From a bacterium (GTDB lineage Bacteria > CAYTYR01 > UBA6262): a DNA stretch of 64,000 nt. The stretch is taken from contig JAQTPL010000006.1 in the NCBI GenBank assembly GCA_028712895.1, forward strand, positions 239 through 64,238, given 5' to 3'. The notes under the pieces are model-generated. The model was not told the DNA's origin, did no database searches, and saw only the letters and a program-made list of their open reading frames with translations. A program made the translations under genes and the position numbers. Below, piece after piece: positions 18,251 through 27,620 of this stretch. Every line of letters starts with the position of its first letter. The first letter of the stretch is position 1.

Positions 18251-19143
18251 TGCCCGACCTCTACTTTCGACCCATCACGCAGGTTATCCTGGCCAACGAC
18301 CACGATCTGTTCTCCTACTTTCAAACCAGCGGTGATCTCAATATCGCTTTCTTGTATTAAGCCGGTCCGGACCTGGCGTTTGGCTGCTGCCCGGCCATCA
18401 CTGACATAGACAAAACTATTCTCTTGTTCTTTTATAACTGCTTCAATTGGGACCAGGATACCTTGATAGGCTTTTTCAATAATCCGTCCTTTGGCAAACA
18501 TGCCGGTTTTGAGTTTTCTTTCCTTATTATCTATCCTGATATTCACTTCAGCAGTCCTGGTATAAGGATCGATCTTCGCCTGAACCATGTCTACTAAACC
18601 GGTAAATTCCTGTCCAGGATAGGCATCGACTTTTACTTGAGCCTCATCGTTTTTTTTGATCCGATGAAGGTCTTTTTCGGGAATATTGGCTACTACCTTA
18701 ATAATACTGGTATCAGCAACTGTGCCCAGGGAATCCTTCGGTTCGATTTTAGCCCCCAAATCTACCAGGTATCCGGTAAAAACACCGCTGATCGGAGCAG
18801 TAATCTCTACTTCCTTATAATCCATAGCTGGTTCGTCCCGGTCCAATAGGGCTATGGTTTGACCGGTTTTAACTATGGCTCCTTCATCCACTACTTTCTT
18901 CAGAAGTTTTCCTGAAACTTTGGGGTAAATGTTCGCTTCATTGAGACCGCGTATTTCGCCAACAAAATTTACCAGGGACGCGATATTGCCAACCTGTACG
19001 GTCGCCAGATGCACCGGGATAACAACTTCTTGTACGACCAGGTTTCTCTCGCTTCTTTTCCGCTGGATCAACTGCACCAGGCGATACCCGGCAATGAGCG
19101 CCAGGATAATAACGATGCTAATTATTATTCTTTTTATTTTCAT
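18247..19143 (-). CDS. RND periplasmic adaptor (membrane fusion protein)
   Basis: 298 aa. N-terminal anchor, lipoyl-hairpin pattern (IYPKVSGKLLKKVVDEGAIVKTGQTIA). Has a 4-nt overlap with the RND gene. Confidence 0.9.
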   Translation of the reverse strand: MKIKRIIISIVIILALIAGYRLVQLIQRKRSERNLVVQEVVIPVHLATVQVGNIASLVNFVGEIRGLNEANIYPKVSGKLLKKVVDEGAIVKTGQTIALLDRDEPAMDYKEVEITAPISGVFTGYLVDLGAKIEPKDSLGTVADTSIIKVVANIPEKDLHRIKKNDEAQVKVDAYPGQEFTGLVDMVQAKIDPYTRTAEVNIRIDNKERKLKTGMFAKGRIIEKAYQGILVPIEAVIKEQENSFVYVSDGRAAAKRQVRTGLIQESDIEITAGLKVGEQIVVVGQDNLRDGSKVEVGQ

Positions 19144-19178
19144 TTTCTTCCCCCTGTATTTAAATAGCTTTACGAAAA

Positions 19179-20501
19179 CTACTTTAATGTTTCGCCGATA
19201 ACCTTCTCTACTTTGGCCTGGGCCATGATATATTCGTAGGTCGCCTGGTAATAATTAATTTCTGCCTGGGTCAGGGTTAACTCAGCATCCCGCACTTCGA
19301 TATCGCTCATTAACCCCAGCTTATACCGCTCCTGGGCAATGCGCAGATTATCTTTAGCCGTATCTACATTCTCGCCTTGTCCGGCAATATTATCTTTAGC
19401 CTGGGCCAGGGTAAAATAAGCTTGTTTTACTTCGATCTTTATGCTGTCAATTAATTGGTCCTTGGTTAAGCGCACTTGTTCTTTTTGCGATTTAGCCTGG
19501 TCGATCCTGGCCTTAGTGGCAAATCCCTCAAATAAAGGAATAGTCAAAGAAACCGTAGTCGTCCAGCTGTTGGTCCAAGCCAGGTCAGCTCCGAACCCGG
19601 AAGAGTTTTGCCTGGAAGCAACCGAATTTAACAGTAAATTCGGCCAATGGCCGCTCTGGGCCAGCAACACTAGACTGTTAGCTGCTTCTTCTTGCAGCAG
19701 TAATTGCCGCACTTCTATCCTTTTACCCAAAGCCTGGTTCAAACCTGTTTCATAATCCTGCACTGATTTTTCCACATAATCAAGCTGGCCAACAAACTCT
19801 ATTTCCTGTGCCGGCTCTAATCCTAATATATTAATCAAGGCATCGACATTTATTTTTAAATTATTTTGCGCTTTGATCAAACTGGTTTTCTGGTTGGCTA
19901 ATTGCACTTTTACGCGACTCACATCATAATTAGACATCTTGCCTTCATTATATAAAGCATGGCTGACTTTCAGATGTGCCGCTACCACTTCATAGGCTTC
20001 CTGGTTGATCCGCACCATTTGCTGGGCCAGCAAGACAGTGTAAAAGCTCTGTTTCACCTGGTATAACAAGTCATCTCTTTGCTTTAAATAATCCCAGTTA
20101 ACTAATTGCATCCCGATATCTGCCTGGCGGTTAGATTGGTAGATCTTGCCACCCATAAATAGCGGTTGAGTTAAGCTTAACTTACCGAGATATGAATCCC
20201 TCGCTCCCAGGGGGAGTTCAGTACCAGCGAAATTTACCATATTTATCTTATGGTTGTAAATATATGCTCCCATGGCGCTGATATTGGGCCAATAGCTGCC
20301 CGCTGCCTCAATTTTTTTGGCTCTGGCATTATTGGTTTTTTCCTGGAAGAGCAGCAACTGCTTATTATTGGCCAAAGCAGTTTTAATACATTCATCCAAA
20401 CTCAGGCTTCTCTGCTGGGCTTGAACCTTGCCGGCTGATCCAACAAATCCCGCTACCAAAACCAGGATTATTAAGCTAATTAAATATTTGTTGAAATTCA
20501 T
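19179..20501 (-). CDS. TolC-family outer membrane efflux factor
   Basis: 440 aa. Signal peptide and duplicated OEP repeats. Overlaps the TetR gene's stop by 4 nt. Confidence 0.85.
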   Translation of the reverse strand: MNFNKYLISLIILVLVAGFVGSAGKVQAQQRSLSLDECIKTALANNKQLLLFQEKTNNARAKKIEAAGSYWPNISAMGAYIYNHKINMVNFAGTELPLGARDSYLGKLSLTQPLFMGGKIYQSNRQADIGMQLVNWDYLKQRDDLLYQVKQSFYTVLLAQQMVRINQEAYEVVAAHLKVSHALYNEGKMSNYDVSRVKVQLANQKTSLIKAQNNLKINVDALINILGLEPAQEIEFVGQLDYVEKSVQDYETGLNQALGKRIEVRQLLLQEEAANSLVLLAQSGHWPNLLLNSVASRQNSSGFGADLAWTNSWTTTVSLTIPLFEGFATKARIDQAKSQKEQVRLTKDQLIDSIKIEVKQAYFTLAQAKDNIAGQGENVDTAKDNLRIAQERYKLGLMSDIEVRDAELTLTQAEINYYQATYEYIMAQAKVEKVIGETLK

Positions 20502-21112
20502 GCTTTGGCTCCCTCCAGGAAAACTTCCAGGATAAACTGTTTTTCCTTGGCCTGAAACTTTCTAGCATTCTCAAACATAGCCCGCATAATGAAAATTTGC
20601 ACCATTCCCCCTAAACCTAAGGCCAATAATTCCGGGGATTCATTTTTCAAGATCTTTTCCTTAATCCCCTGCTTCATAATGGCGATCAAATATGATAATA
20701 TTCGCTTCATTTCCTTCATGGCTTGTTCATGAATATTTTTTTGGATATCAGTACATAAAACATCCCGTTCCAGCATCATAACTATGGTCCAGAGGTCACG
20801 GTTTTTTTCAAAATAATCAAAATTGTGGCCAATATAAGACTGGAGTTTTTCCCGGCAGCCAATATTTTGTTCCAATATGCCCCGGACCAATGCCGCCCGG
20901 TCATTCAGTCCCTCGGCGATCAGGGCCATGAACATTTTTTCCTTGCTGGGGAAATACAGGTATAAGGCCCCTTTGCTGATGCCCGCTTCTTTGGCTACGT
21001 CATCCATGGTGGCCCGGTGAAATCCCTTACGGGTAAAGATAGTCCGGGCAGCGGTCAGCAATGCTGTTTTGCGCCAAAGCGCCTCTCGTTCCCTGAGTTT
21101 GCTTTTAATCAT
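20498..21112 (-). CDS. TetR/AcrR-family transcriptional regulator
   Basis: 204 aa. N-terminal HTH TMDDVAKEAGISKGALYLYFPSKEKMF. First gene of the RND operon. Confidence 0.9.
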   Translation of the reverse strand: MIKSKLREREALWRKTALLTAARTIFTRKGFHRATMDDVAKEAGISKGALYLYFPSKEKMFMALIAEGLNDRAALVRGILEQNIGCREKLQSYIGHNFDYFEKNRDLWTIVMMLERDVLCTDIQKNIHEQAMKEMKRILSYLIAIMKQGIKEKILKNESPELLALGLGGMVQIFIMRAMFENARKFQAKEKQFILEVFLEGAKA

Positions 21113-21142
21113 GTCCTTACTCCTTTATGACTACTTAGTCAG

Positions 21143-21162
21143 TTGACTGACCGGTCAGTCAA
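21143..21162. promoter_or_regulatory. Perfect 20-bp palindrome, probable TetR operator
   Basis: TTGACTGACCGGTCAGTCAA equals its own reverse complement. It lies 31 nt upstream of the tetR start codon. Confidence 0.6.
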
Positions 21163-21171
21163 TATTAATAT
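21143..21171 (+). promoter_or_regulatory. Candidate plus-strand promoter P1 whose -35 lies inside the palindrome
   Basis: TTGACT (21143-21148), 17 nt, TAATAT (21166-21171). Its -10 overlaps the -10 of the divergent minus-strand promoter. Confidence 0.4.
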
Positions 21172-21196
21172 TACCATGCTAACCACGGCCTGTCAA
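21168..21196 (-). promoter_or_regulatory. Candidate sigma70 promoter of the tetR-OMF-MFP-RND operon
   Basis: Minus strand TTGACA (21196-21191), 17 nt, TAATAT (21173-21168). The predicted start falls at the edge of the 20-bp palindrome. Confidence 0.5.
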
Positions 21197-21237
21197 TAAA
21201 TATCTGTAAATAATTTGCCAAGGATCAATGATTAGTC

Positions 21238-21266
21238 TTGACAATTGATTAGAGATTAATTATAGT
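21238..21266 (+). promoter_or_regulatory. Candidate sigma70 promoter P2 for pilP-like/pilQ
   Basis: TTGACA (21238-21243), 17 nt, TATAGT (21261-21266). AGGAGG at 21283-21288 precedes TTG 21295. Confidence 0.55.
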
Positions 21267-21294
21267 ATATATGAATTATACTAGGAGGAAGAAT

Positions 21295-21831
21295 TTGCCG
21301 GCTAAATTCAAAGGATATGCCTTGACTAGTTCAGCAGTCCGCAGAGTTCTTGTTGCCTTATTTTTCTTAAGCCTGCCTTGTGCCCTTTGGGCTGTACCAT
21401 TGACTGTAATTCCCGCTTTACCTGAAGCTACAACCCCAGTTTTCGTCAGCACCTCTACGATCACCTTACCTATCCCGCAAAGCCAGGAATTACCGGATAG
21501 GACTATGTGGCGCAAAAATCCTTTCATGCCTCTTTTGGGTATAACCTTCGCACAAAAAACCAAGGCCAAAGCACCGGTAAGCGGCCCCTCTGATGTCGTG
21601 CAATTGCGGGATATGGAACTTATCGGCATTGTGAAAGACGCAATAGAATACTCGGGTATATTCAGGAATACCATGACCGGTAAAATATATATTACCCAGC
21701 AAAGCAAATTAATAGATAAAAGAAAAAGAACCATTAAAAATATCAGTGTTGGTTATATTGATGAAAACAGCGTTTTAATGAACGACGGGAAACAGGAAAC
21801 GAGTTACCGGCTCAGGAAAGCAGGAGAATGA
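21295..21831 (+). CDS. PilP-like secretin-associated protein
   Basis: ORF track 21271..21831. The ATG at 21271 lies only 4 nt after the -10, so I use TTG 21295 behind AGGAGG. Hydrophobic N-terminus, RKNPF motif (R[DN]PF of PilP/GspC-type proteins), beta-rich C-terminus. ATGA overlap with pilQ. Confidence 0.5.
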   Translation: MPAKFKGYALTSSAVRRVLVALFFLSLPCALWAVPLTVIPALPEATTPVFVSTSTITLPIPQSQELPDRTMWRKNPFMPLLGITFAQKTKAKAPVSGPSDVVQLRDMELIGIVKDAIEYSGIFRNTMTGKIYITQQSKLIDKRKRTIKNISVGYIDENSVLMNDGKQETSYRLRKAGE

Positions 21832-23414
21832 AAAAACAATTGGTTCTCATAATCATAGGTTGTATCCTGTGTCTAGGGGTAGGCACACCATTCCACTTGG
21901 CTGCTGCTGAAGCAAACCAGGCAATTTTACAATCTATTTCTACCAAAGTAGAATCGTCCGTATTTAAAGTCTTCCTGAAAATATCCGGGCCGGTGACACC
22001 TAAGGATTTTGTAAAGGCTGATCCTGATCCAAAATTAGTGCTCGATCTTATTAATACCAGGAATGCCTCTGATTTTAAGAAGATGAAAGTGAATCTAAGC
22101 CCGATCCTGTATCTCCGTGCAACGCAATACAAGATCACTCCGCAGCCAATCACCAGGGTGGTGCTTGACCTGACGGCAACGCCAGCCTATGAGATCAAAA
22201 CATCAGCAGACGGATTAGAGATCAATGTCACGCTTGACCAGGATAACACTATGGCTACTGACCCGGCAGCAGCTCAAATTCCACCAGAAACAACTAATCC
22301 CAGACTATTTTCCTTTGATTTTGAAAACGCCGACGTTAAAGATGTCCTCTATGCTTTAGGCTTAAAAAAAGGCATCAATATAATTATCGATGAAGATGTC
22401 ACCGGCCAGATAAGTATCAGTTTAAATAATATTTCGTTTGAAGATTCCCTGGATACGATCCTGAAGATAAAAAGCCTCTCCCTGACCAAGATCAGCGATC
22501 AGGTCATCAGAATCTCTAAAAAAGAAAAAGCTGACCTGGTCACTACTTTCGTGCAGCTCAAGTTTGGCCGGGCTGAAGACACTGCTCCCTTGGTCACCCC
22601 ATTACTTTCAGGAAAAGGGAATATCCAGGTAGATAAACGCACCAATAGCCTCTTGATCACTGATGCTTTGAATAATATCCAGGTAATAACCGATGCGCTC
22701 AGCAAAATGGACCTTAAGCCAAATGTAGTTGAGATCAAAGCTGAGATCGTGGAAGTAGATACAAACGCCTTACGAGAACTGGGAATTAGCTGGACTGCAG
22801 CCAAAGAAGCAAATCCCCCTACGGGAACTGGTATGACTTATAATGCTGCTCAGTCGTTGGGCAATTTAAGTATTAATCTTGGCACGGTGATCGATAAAGT
22901 GCAGGTTAATGCCACTCTCAGCATGCTGGGCCAGAAAGGAAAGAGCAAACTGCTTTCTTCTCCCAGCATTACGACTGTTGACAATCAGCCAGCCAAGATT
23001 ATAGTCGGTGATAAAGTTCCTTATGAAAAGAAAACTATCTCCAGCTCCGCGGCGGGGGAGACTGCGACAGAGTCCACAATAGAGTTCCTTGATATTGGCA
23101 TCAAGCTCGAAGTTACCCCGACCATAAACATCCATAAGCAAATTACCATGAAGATTAGACCAGAAGTAAGTTCTTATACCCCCTCTACTCTCGGGCCAAT
23201 CGTACATACCAGGGAAGCAGAGACCACGATCATGGTCAACAACGGAGAAACCATCGTCATCGGGGGCTTAATGAGTGAAACCGATACTGATACTATCCAG
23301 GCGGTGCCCTTTGTCGGAGATATTCCTATTTTAGGCTGGCTGTTTAAAAAGGCCACTAAAAACACTGATAAGACTGAATTGCTGATCTTTATTACTCCGC
23401 GTTTGATAGAGTAA
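21828..23414 (+). CDS. pilQ: Type IV pilus/type II secretion-family secretin with N-terminal AMIN domain
   Basis: 528 aa. AMIN-like N-terminus, STN/N0 region (FDFENADVKDVLYALGLKKGINIIID), C-terminal secretin core (VPFVGDIPILGWLFK...ELLIFITPRLI). Confidence 0.9.
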   Translation: MKKQLVLIIIGCILCLGVGTPFHLAAAEANQAILQSISTKVESSVFKVFLKISGPVTPKDFVKADPDPKLVLDLINTRNASDFKKMKVNLSPILYLRATQYKITPQPITRVVLDLTATPAYEIKTSADGLEINVTLDQDNTMATDPAAAQIPPETTNPRLFSFDFENADVKDVLYALGLKKGINIIIDEDVTGQISISLNNISFEDSLDTILKIKSLSLTKISDQVIRISKKEKADLVTTFVQLKFGRAEDTAPLVTPLLSGKGNIQVDKRTNSLLITDALNNIQVITDALSKMDLKPNVVEIKAEIVEVDTNALRELGISWTAAKEANPPTGTGMTYNAAQSLGNLSINLGTVIDKVQVNATLSMLGQKGKSKLLSSPSITTVDNQPAKIIVGDKVPYEKKTISSSAAGETATESTIEFLDIGIKLEVTPTINIHKQITMKIRPEVSSYTPSTLGPIVHTREAETTIMVNNGETIVIGGLMSETDTDTIQAVPFVGDIPILGWLFKKATKNTDKTELLIFITPRLIE

Positions 23415-23593
23415 TACCGCGTATGTTTTGTCCTAACTGTCAAAAGCCCCTGCATGCCTTTAATTATCATAAAAATATCTATACCCCGGCAGAATAGCAA
23501 AAAATGCCCCTGGCGCAGCTAAATTCCTGTTTTTTACCTGGCTGGGTAATTTGACACACCGTATCAGAATCGAGTTTTTCTTTTCAGAAAATA

Positions 23594-24922
23594 TTATCCA
23601 ATAAAAACATCTTCCCGGGCATATCTATAAAGCACCTTTTTTGGCTTGGTGATAACCGCTGTAGCTACAATTAACGGGCCTACCCTGCCAATAAACATAG
23701 TCAATGTTAATATTGTCCGGCCGGCATTGCTTAAAGCCGCGGTGATACCGGTAGATAATCCTGTATTCGCCAAAGCCGAAACAATTTCAAATAAGATTTG
23801 GATAAAAGAAGTTTTTTCCGTAAACGCCATGACCAATGAATCAATAAAAATAATGGCTAGGAAGAAGATAAAGATTATTACCGCGTTATATATCCCCTGC
23901 TCACCTATTTCCCTTTTAAAAACATTAAAATTTCGATCGCGAAGCTTAGACCAAACCAGGATGAATAATAAAGCAAACGTGGTGGTCTTTATTCCTCCTC
24001 CGGTACTCCCAGGAGAAGCCCCGACGAACATCAGCAGCATGATCATGATCCAGCTGGTCGGGCTCATTTTACCGATATCCAGCGTGTTAAACCCATCAGT
24101 AGTAGAAGCAGACACTGCCTGGAAAAAAGAGTGCATTCCCTTTTCATAATTATTCGCGGTTATAGGCTGCCAGTCTTCAGCCACACAGATCATTGCCGTA
24201 CCAGCCATAATTATAATAAAAGTAGTTATTAATACTAGTTTTGTGTGTATTGCTAATCTAGCTGGGTACTGTTTCTTAAGTCTGAGACTTAGGTAATGTC
24301 TGATATCGTCCAGCACAAAAAATCCCAAACCACCGGCTAAGGAAAGAATGTTAATAGTCACATTTAGCAGTATATTTTGCTGGTATTTCATCAGGCTATC
24401 GGGAAATAATCCGAATCCAGCCGTACAAAAGGTGGAAATCGAATGAAACAATCCAAAATAAAAAGCCTGCCACAGGGGGTAATCCCTCAGCCAGATCAAA
24501 CTTAAGATTATGGTCCCGCTTAATTCAAAAAAACAGGTGTAGAATAATACTTTGCGGAAAAAATTTTCCAGTAAATTGAGATCTGATCCTACCAACGATT
24601 CCCTGGCGACCAAAGAAGTTTTCAGGGAACGGCCCATTCCCAATACATAAGCGGTAAAAATTATGAAAGTCATGTATCCGATACCGCCGATCTGGAAAAT
24701 AACCATGAGGACTATTTGCCCAAAAAAGGAATAATAGCTGCCTATATCTACCACCGTAAGGCCAGAGGTACTGATCCCGGAACTTGCCAGGAATAGCGCA
24801 TCCAGAAACGGCTGGGCCGTACCTTTAGCCGAAGAAATGGGCAAAGACAATATCATAGCCCCGGTTAGGGTAATGAAAATATACCCTAATAGCAATAATT
24901 GATAGGGAGTGAGCTTTTTCAT
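23594..24922 (-). CDS. trkH: TrkH/KtrB-family K+ uptake membrane subunit
   Basis: 442 aa polytopic. Repeated selectivity-filter-like segments (SSGISTSGLT, TFCTAGFG, ASTTDGFN, ALANTGLSTG). Confidence 0.88.
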   Translation of the reverse strand: MKKLTPYQLLLLGYIFITLTGAMILSLPISSAKGTAQPFLDALFLASSGISTSGLTVVDIGSYYSFFGQIVLMVIFQIGGIGYMTFIIFTAYVLGMGRSLKTSLVARESLVGSDLNLLENFFRKVLFYTCFFELSGTIILSLIWLRDYPLWQAFYFGLFHSISTFCTAGFGLFPDSLMKYQQNILLNVTINILSLAGGLGFFVLDDIRHYLSLRLKKQYPARLAIHTKLVLITTFIIIMAGTAMICVAEDWQPITANNYEKGMHSFFQAVSASTTDGFNTLDIGKMSPTSWIMIMLLMFVGASPGSTGGGIKTTTFALLFILVWSKLRDRNFNVFKREIGEQGIYNAVIIFIFFLAIIFIDSLVMAFTEKTSFIQILFEIVSALANTGLSTGITAALSNAGRTILTLTMFIGRVGPLIVATAVITKPKKVLYRYAREDVFIG

Positions 24923-24969
24923 ACTATTAACTTACTCCCAGTTCAGGGGGAAGGCAAATCAATAAAAGG

Positions 24970-25668
24970 TCAAAAATCTTGCAGGCGATAGCCAATGCAG
25001 GGTTCAGTTAATATATAGGCGGGACGGTCAGGATCAGGTTCGAGTTTGCTTCTTAAATTGCTGATGGTTACGCGTAAGAGGTGAAAGACACCTTCTAATT
25101 CTTCGGTTTTATCCCAAACTTCTTTCAGTATCTGTTTATGGGTAAGCACCTTGCCAGCATTGATCACCAATAGTTTTAGTACTTCAAATTCAGTGGGAGA
25201 TACATTTACCTGGGCGCCATTAACAGTCACTTGGTGTTTAGCTATATCGATCAATAGTTTGCCAACATGAAAAACAGCTTTTTGGTCAGCCGGCAGAAGA
25301 CGCCTTAATACTGCCTTGATCCGCGCTAACAGTTCCTGTACTTTAAATGGTTTAGTCAGGTAATCATCCGCCCCCGCATCCAGCGCCGCGACTTTATCCC
25401 CCAGTTCTTCTCGTACCGAAAGAATAATAATGGGTGTTTTAGCCCATTGGCGGATCTGACGGATAACTTCTAGCCCATCAACATCAGGTAAGCCAAGATC
25501 CAGGATAATTACATCAGGATGCACAGCCAAGGCCCGTTTCAAGGCATCAGCCCCGGTTGCTGCTTCAAAAATACTGTACCCAAAAGAGGATAAAGACGTT
25601 TTGAGAAACCTCCTGATGGCTTTCTCATCATCAACTATCAGTACCCTTATGTTCTGTTTTATTTCCAT
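24970..25668 (-). CDS. OmpR-family response regulator, KdpE-like
   Basis: 232 aa. Receiver domain (VLIVDDE...PDVIILDLGLPDVDG...LSVREELGDKVAALDAGADDYLTKPF) is collinear with KdpE as I remember it; winged-helix C-terminus. Confidence 0.8.
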   Translation of the reverse strand: MEIKQNIRVLIVDDEKAIRRFLKTSLSSFGYSIFEAATGADALKRALAVHPDVIILDLGLPDVDGLEVIRQIRQWAKTPIIILSVREELGDKVAALDAGADDYLTKPFKVQELLARIKAVLRRLLPADQKAVFHVGKLLIDIAKHQVTVNGAQVNVSPTEFEVLKLLVINAGKVLTHKQILKEVWDKTEELEGVFHLLRVTISNLRSKLEPDPDRPAYILTEPCIGYRLQDF

Positions 25669-25677
25669 AAAATTAAC

Positions 25678-27171
25678 CTATACTGTTCGTGGCAGTTGAA
25701 TAACAAAAGTTGCCCCTGATCCTTGATTGTTACTGGCTATGATCTCTCCTCCGTGAGCTTCAATTATCCCCTTACAAATAGAAAGGCCTAATCCGGTCCC
25801 GGTGATTTGCTGCGGCTTTTCTGCCCGGTAAAATTTATCAAATATGCGTCTCAGGTCAGCCTCAGGTATGCCAAACCCCTGGTCAATTACTTCAATAATT
25901 ATCTGCTCCTGGTTCTCCCTGGCCTTGATCGTCAATAATGAATCTGGAGGGGAATATCTAAGCGCATTATCGATCAGGTTATTAAATACCTTCATCATAA
26001 AAGAAAAATCAACAGTGATCTCCGGAAGATCCCTGGGTATATCTATTTTTATGCTTCTCTTCCCGATCTTTTCTTTTAGCTGGTCCAGGGAGGCTCCTAC
26101 TATATCCCTGAGGTCGCAAGGCTTTTTGGTGATCCGTAAAGCCCCTGCTTCCATTTTAGTCATATCCAAAAGATTTTCAACCAGACGGTTAAGGCGCTCA
26201 GATTCTTCGTAAGCCGTATCTAACAGTTCTTCTTTGGCTATCGCCGCAAGGTTAGCGCTACTACCCATAAGGGTTGTCAAGGCGCCCTTGATCGAAACCA
26301 GTGGGGTTTTTAAGTCATGAGAGATCGAGTGTAATAGCGCGGATTGAAGTTTTTCCGTTTGTCTCATGATCTCAACCTGGCGGGAGTCTTCACCCAGTTT
26401 CGCCCGCTGGATCGCCATTGCCGCTTGATTCACCAAAGCTTTTATAAATTCCTCGGCTAATACTTTTCTTTCATTTTCATAAAAGCTGACACCTAAAACC
26501 CCAAGAATTTCCTGTGCCGTATCTAACGGGTAAAAAACTATCTGGACTGGTTTAGGGCTATCGGTTGTATAAATTTGTTTCTGACCATTTTTATACACTT
26601 GTTCCGCGATCAATGGCCCGGGACTTAGAGTGGGGAATTCCGGATCATAACTACTAAGTTCCGGGCTTCCGTTTACAGGCAAATAAACAGCGACATTACT
26701 ATTTAAGACCTGGCTGATATTTTTCCTGATCGCTTGTAGAACGACATCAAAAGAATCAGCATTAGCCAGGTCGTCGCTAAACCGGTATAATGCGGCAGCC
26801 TGGGCTTCCTGCTGCCGTGCCTGGATAGCCTGTTCTCTCATTTTTGAGGCTAACGTGCTGATCACCAGGCCAACGATCAAGAGCCCTATAAAAGTGAAAA
26901 TGTAATGAATACTGGCAACAGTGAAAGTTAAATAAGGAGGGACAAGAAAATAGTCAAAGCACAGAACACTGAGAATAGAAGTGACAATGGCCGGCCCCCT
27001 CCCCCATTCTATGGCGGAAATAACAACCACCAGCAGGTAAAACATAACCAAATTCGTCGGCTCTAACCTACCCTTAATAAATATACCAAATATGGTTGTT
27101 ATTAAAACAAGCCCAATGCTCAGTAAATATGGGATCACTTTGTTACTTCTGGTACTTAGTCGAAAAGCCAT
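25678..27171 (-). CDS. Sensor histidine kinase resembling the C-terminal half of KdpD (DUF4118 TM block + GAF-like + HisKA + HATPase)
   Basis: 497 aa. TM block with NLVMFYLLVVVISAIEWGRGPAI..SVLCFDYFLVPPY, H-box LHSISHDLKTPL, G-boxes DQGFGIP and GTGLGLSICKGI. No N-terminal KdpD/Usp domains. Confidence 0.8.
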   Translation of the reverse strand: MAFRLSTRSNKVIPYLLSIGLVLITTIFGIFIKGRLEPTNLVMFYLLVVVISAIEWGRGPAIVTSILSVLCFDYFLVPPYLTFTVASIHYIFTFIGLLIVGLVISTLASKMREQAIQARQQEAQAAALYRFSDDLANADSFDVVLQAIRKNISQVLNSNVAVYLPVNGSPELSSYDPEFPTLSPGPLIAEQVYKNGQKQIYTTDSPKPVQIVFYPLDTAQEILGVLGVSFYENERKVLAEEFIKALVNQAAMAIQRAKLGEDSRQVEIMRQTEKLQSALLHSISHDLKTPLVSIKGALTTLMGSSANLAAIAKEELLDTAYEESERLNRLVENLLDMTKMEAGALRITKKPCDLRDIVGASLDQLKEKIGKRSIKIDIPRDLPEITVDFSFMMKVFNNLIDNALRYSPPDSLLTIKARENQEQIIIEVIDQGFGIPEADLRRIFDKFYRAEKPQQITGTGLGLSICKGIIEAHGGEIIASNNQGSGATFVIQLPRTV

Positions 27172-27620
27172 TTAATTCCCTCAACGCTCATGATCAGTCC
27201 CGCATCGCAGACCAGGATGCCAGCCAGGATCGCCGGGATACTCTGGCGCGGCTTTATTCCCAGCAGCCGGGCCAATACTACTCCGCCTAACACTCCGCCG
27301 GTAAAAGCCGGCATAGCCACAATAAAAAAGACTCCCCAGCCGCCGTTTCTCTTAGCAGACAGGAACAGTTTGGAATGCATGATCTTATGTCTTTGGGGCT
27401 GGTATTTTTTTTTCAAACGCTGCACCCACATCATCCGGGAAGCCAACGAACCCAATAAAAAATAAAAAAGCGGGACCTGCGCCAGTTCAATAATAAGGAT
27501 ATACAGGAAAACAATCTGCCAGGAACCAAAAAGAGCAATCCCGATCGGGACTGCTCCTTTCCTGCCGGCAGCAATATAAATACCGGCTAAAACTATAAAT
27601 TCACTAAGATATTTAACCAT
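27156..27620 (-). CDS. Small 4-TM membrane protein (possibly small multidrug-export/COG2426-like)
   Basis: 154 aa and hydrophobic. The family call is by weak pattern memory only. Confidence 0.35.
   Translation of the reverse strand: MVKYLSEFIVLAGIYIAAGRKGAVPIGIALFGSWQIVFLYILIIELAQVPLFYFLLGSLASRMMWVQRLKKKYQPQRHKIMHSKLFLSAKRNGGWGVFFIVAMPAFTGGVLGGVVLARLLGIKPRQSIPAILAGILVCDAGLIMSVEGIKWLFD

Noticed and set aside
21276-21734. 152-aa minus-strand ORF opposite the pilP-like gene
   Set aside because: The plus-strand gene has promoter, SD and ATGA coupling to pilQ. The antisense frame has none of these.
23423-23497. 24-codon ORF MFCPNCQKPLHAFNYHKNIYTPAE after pilQ (half of a zinc-ribbon motif)
   Set aside because: It has only one CxxC pair and no SD, and it is very short. 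It may be a remnant, but this is unsupported.
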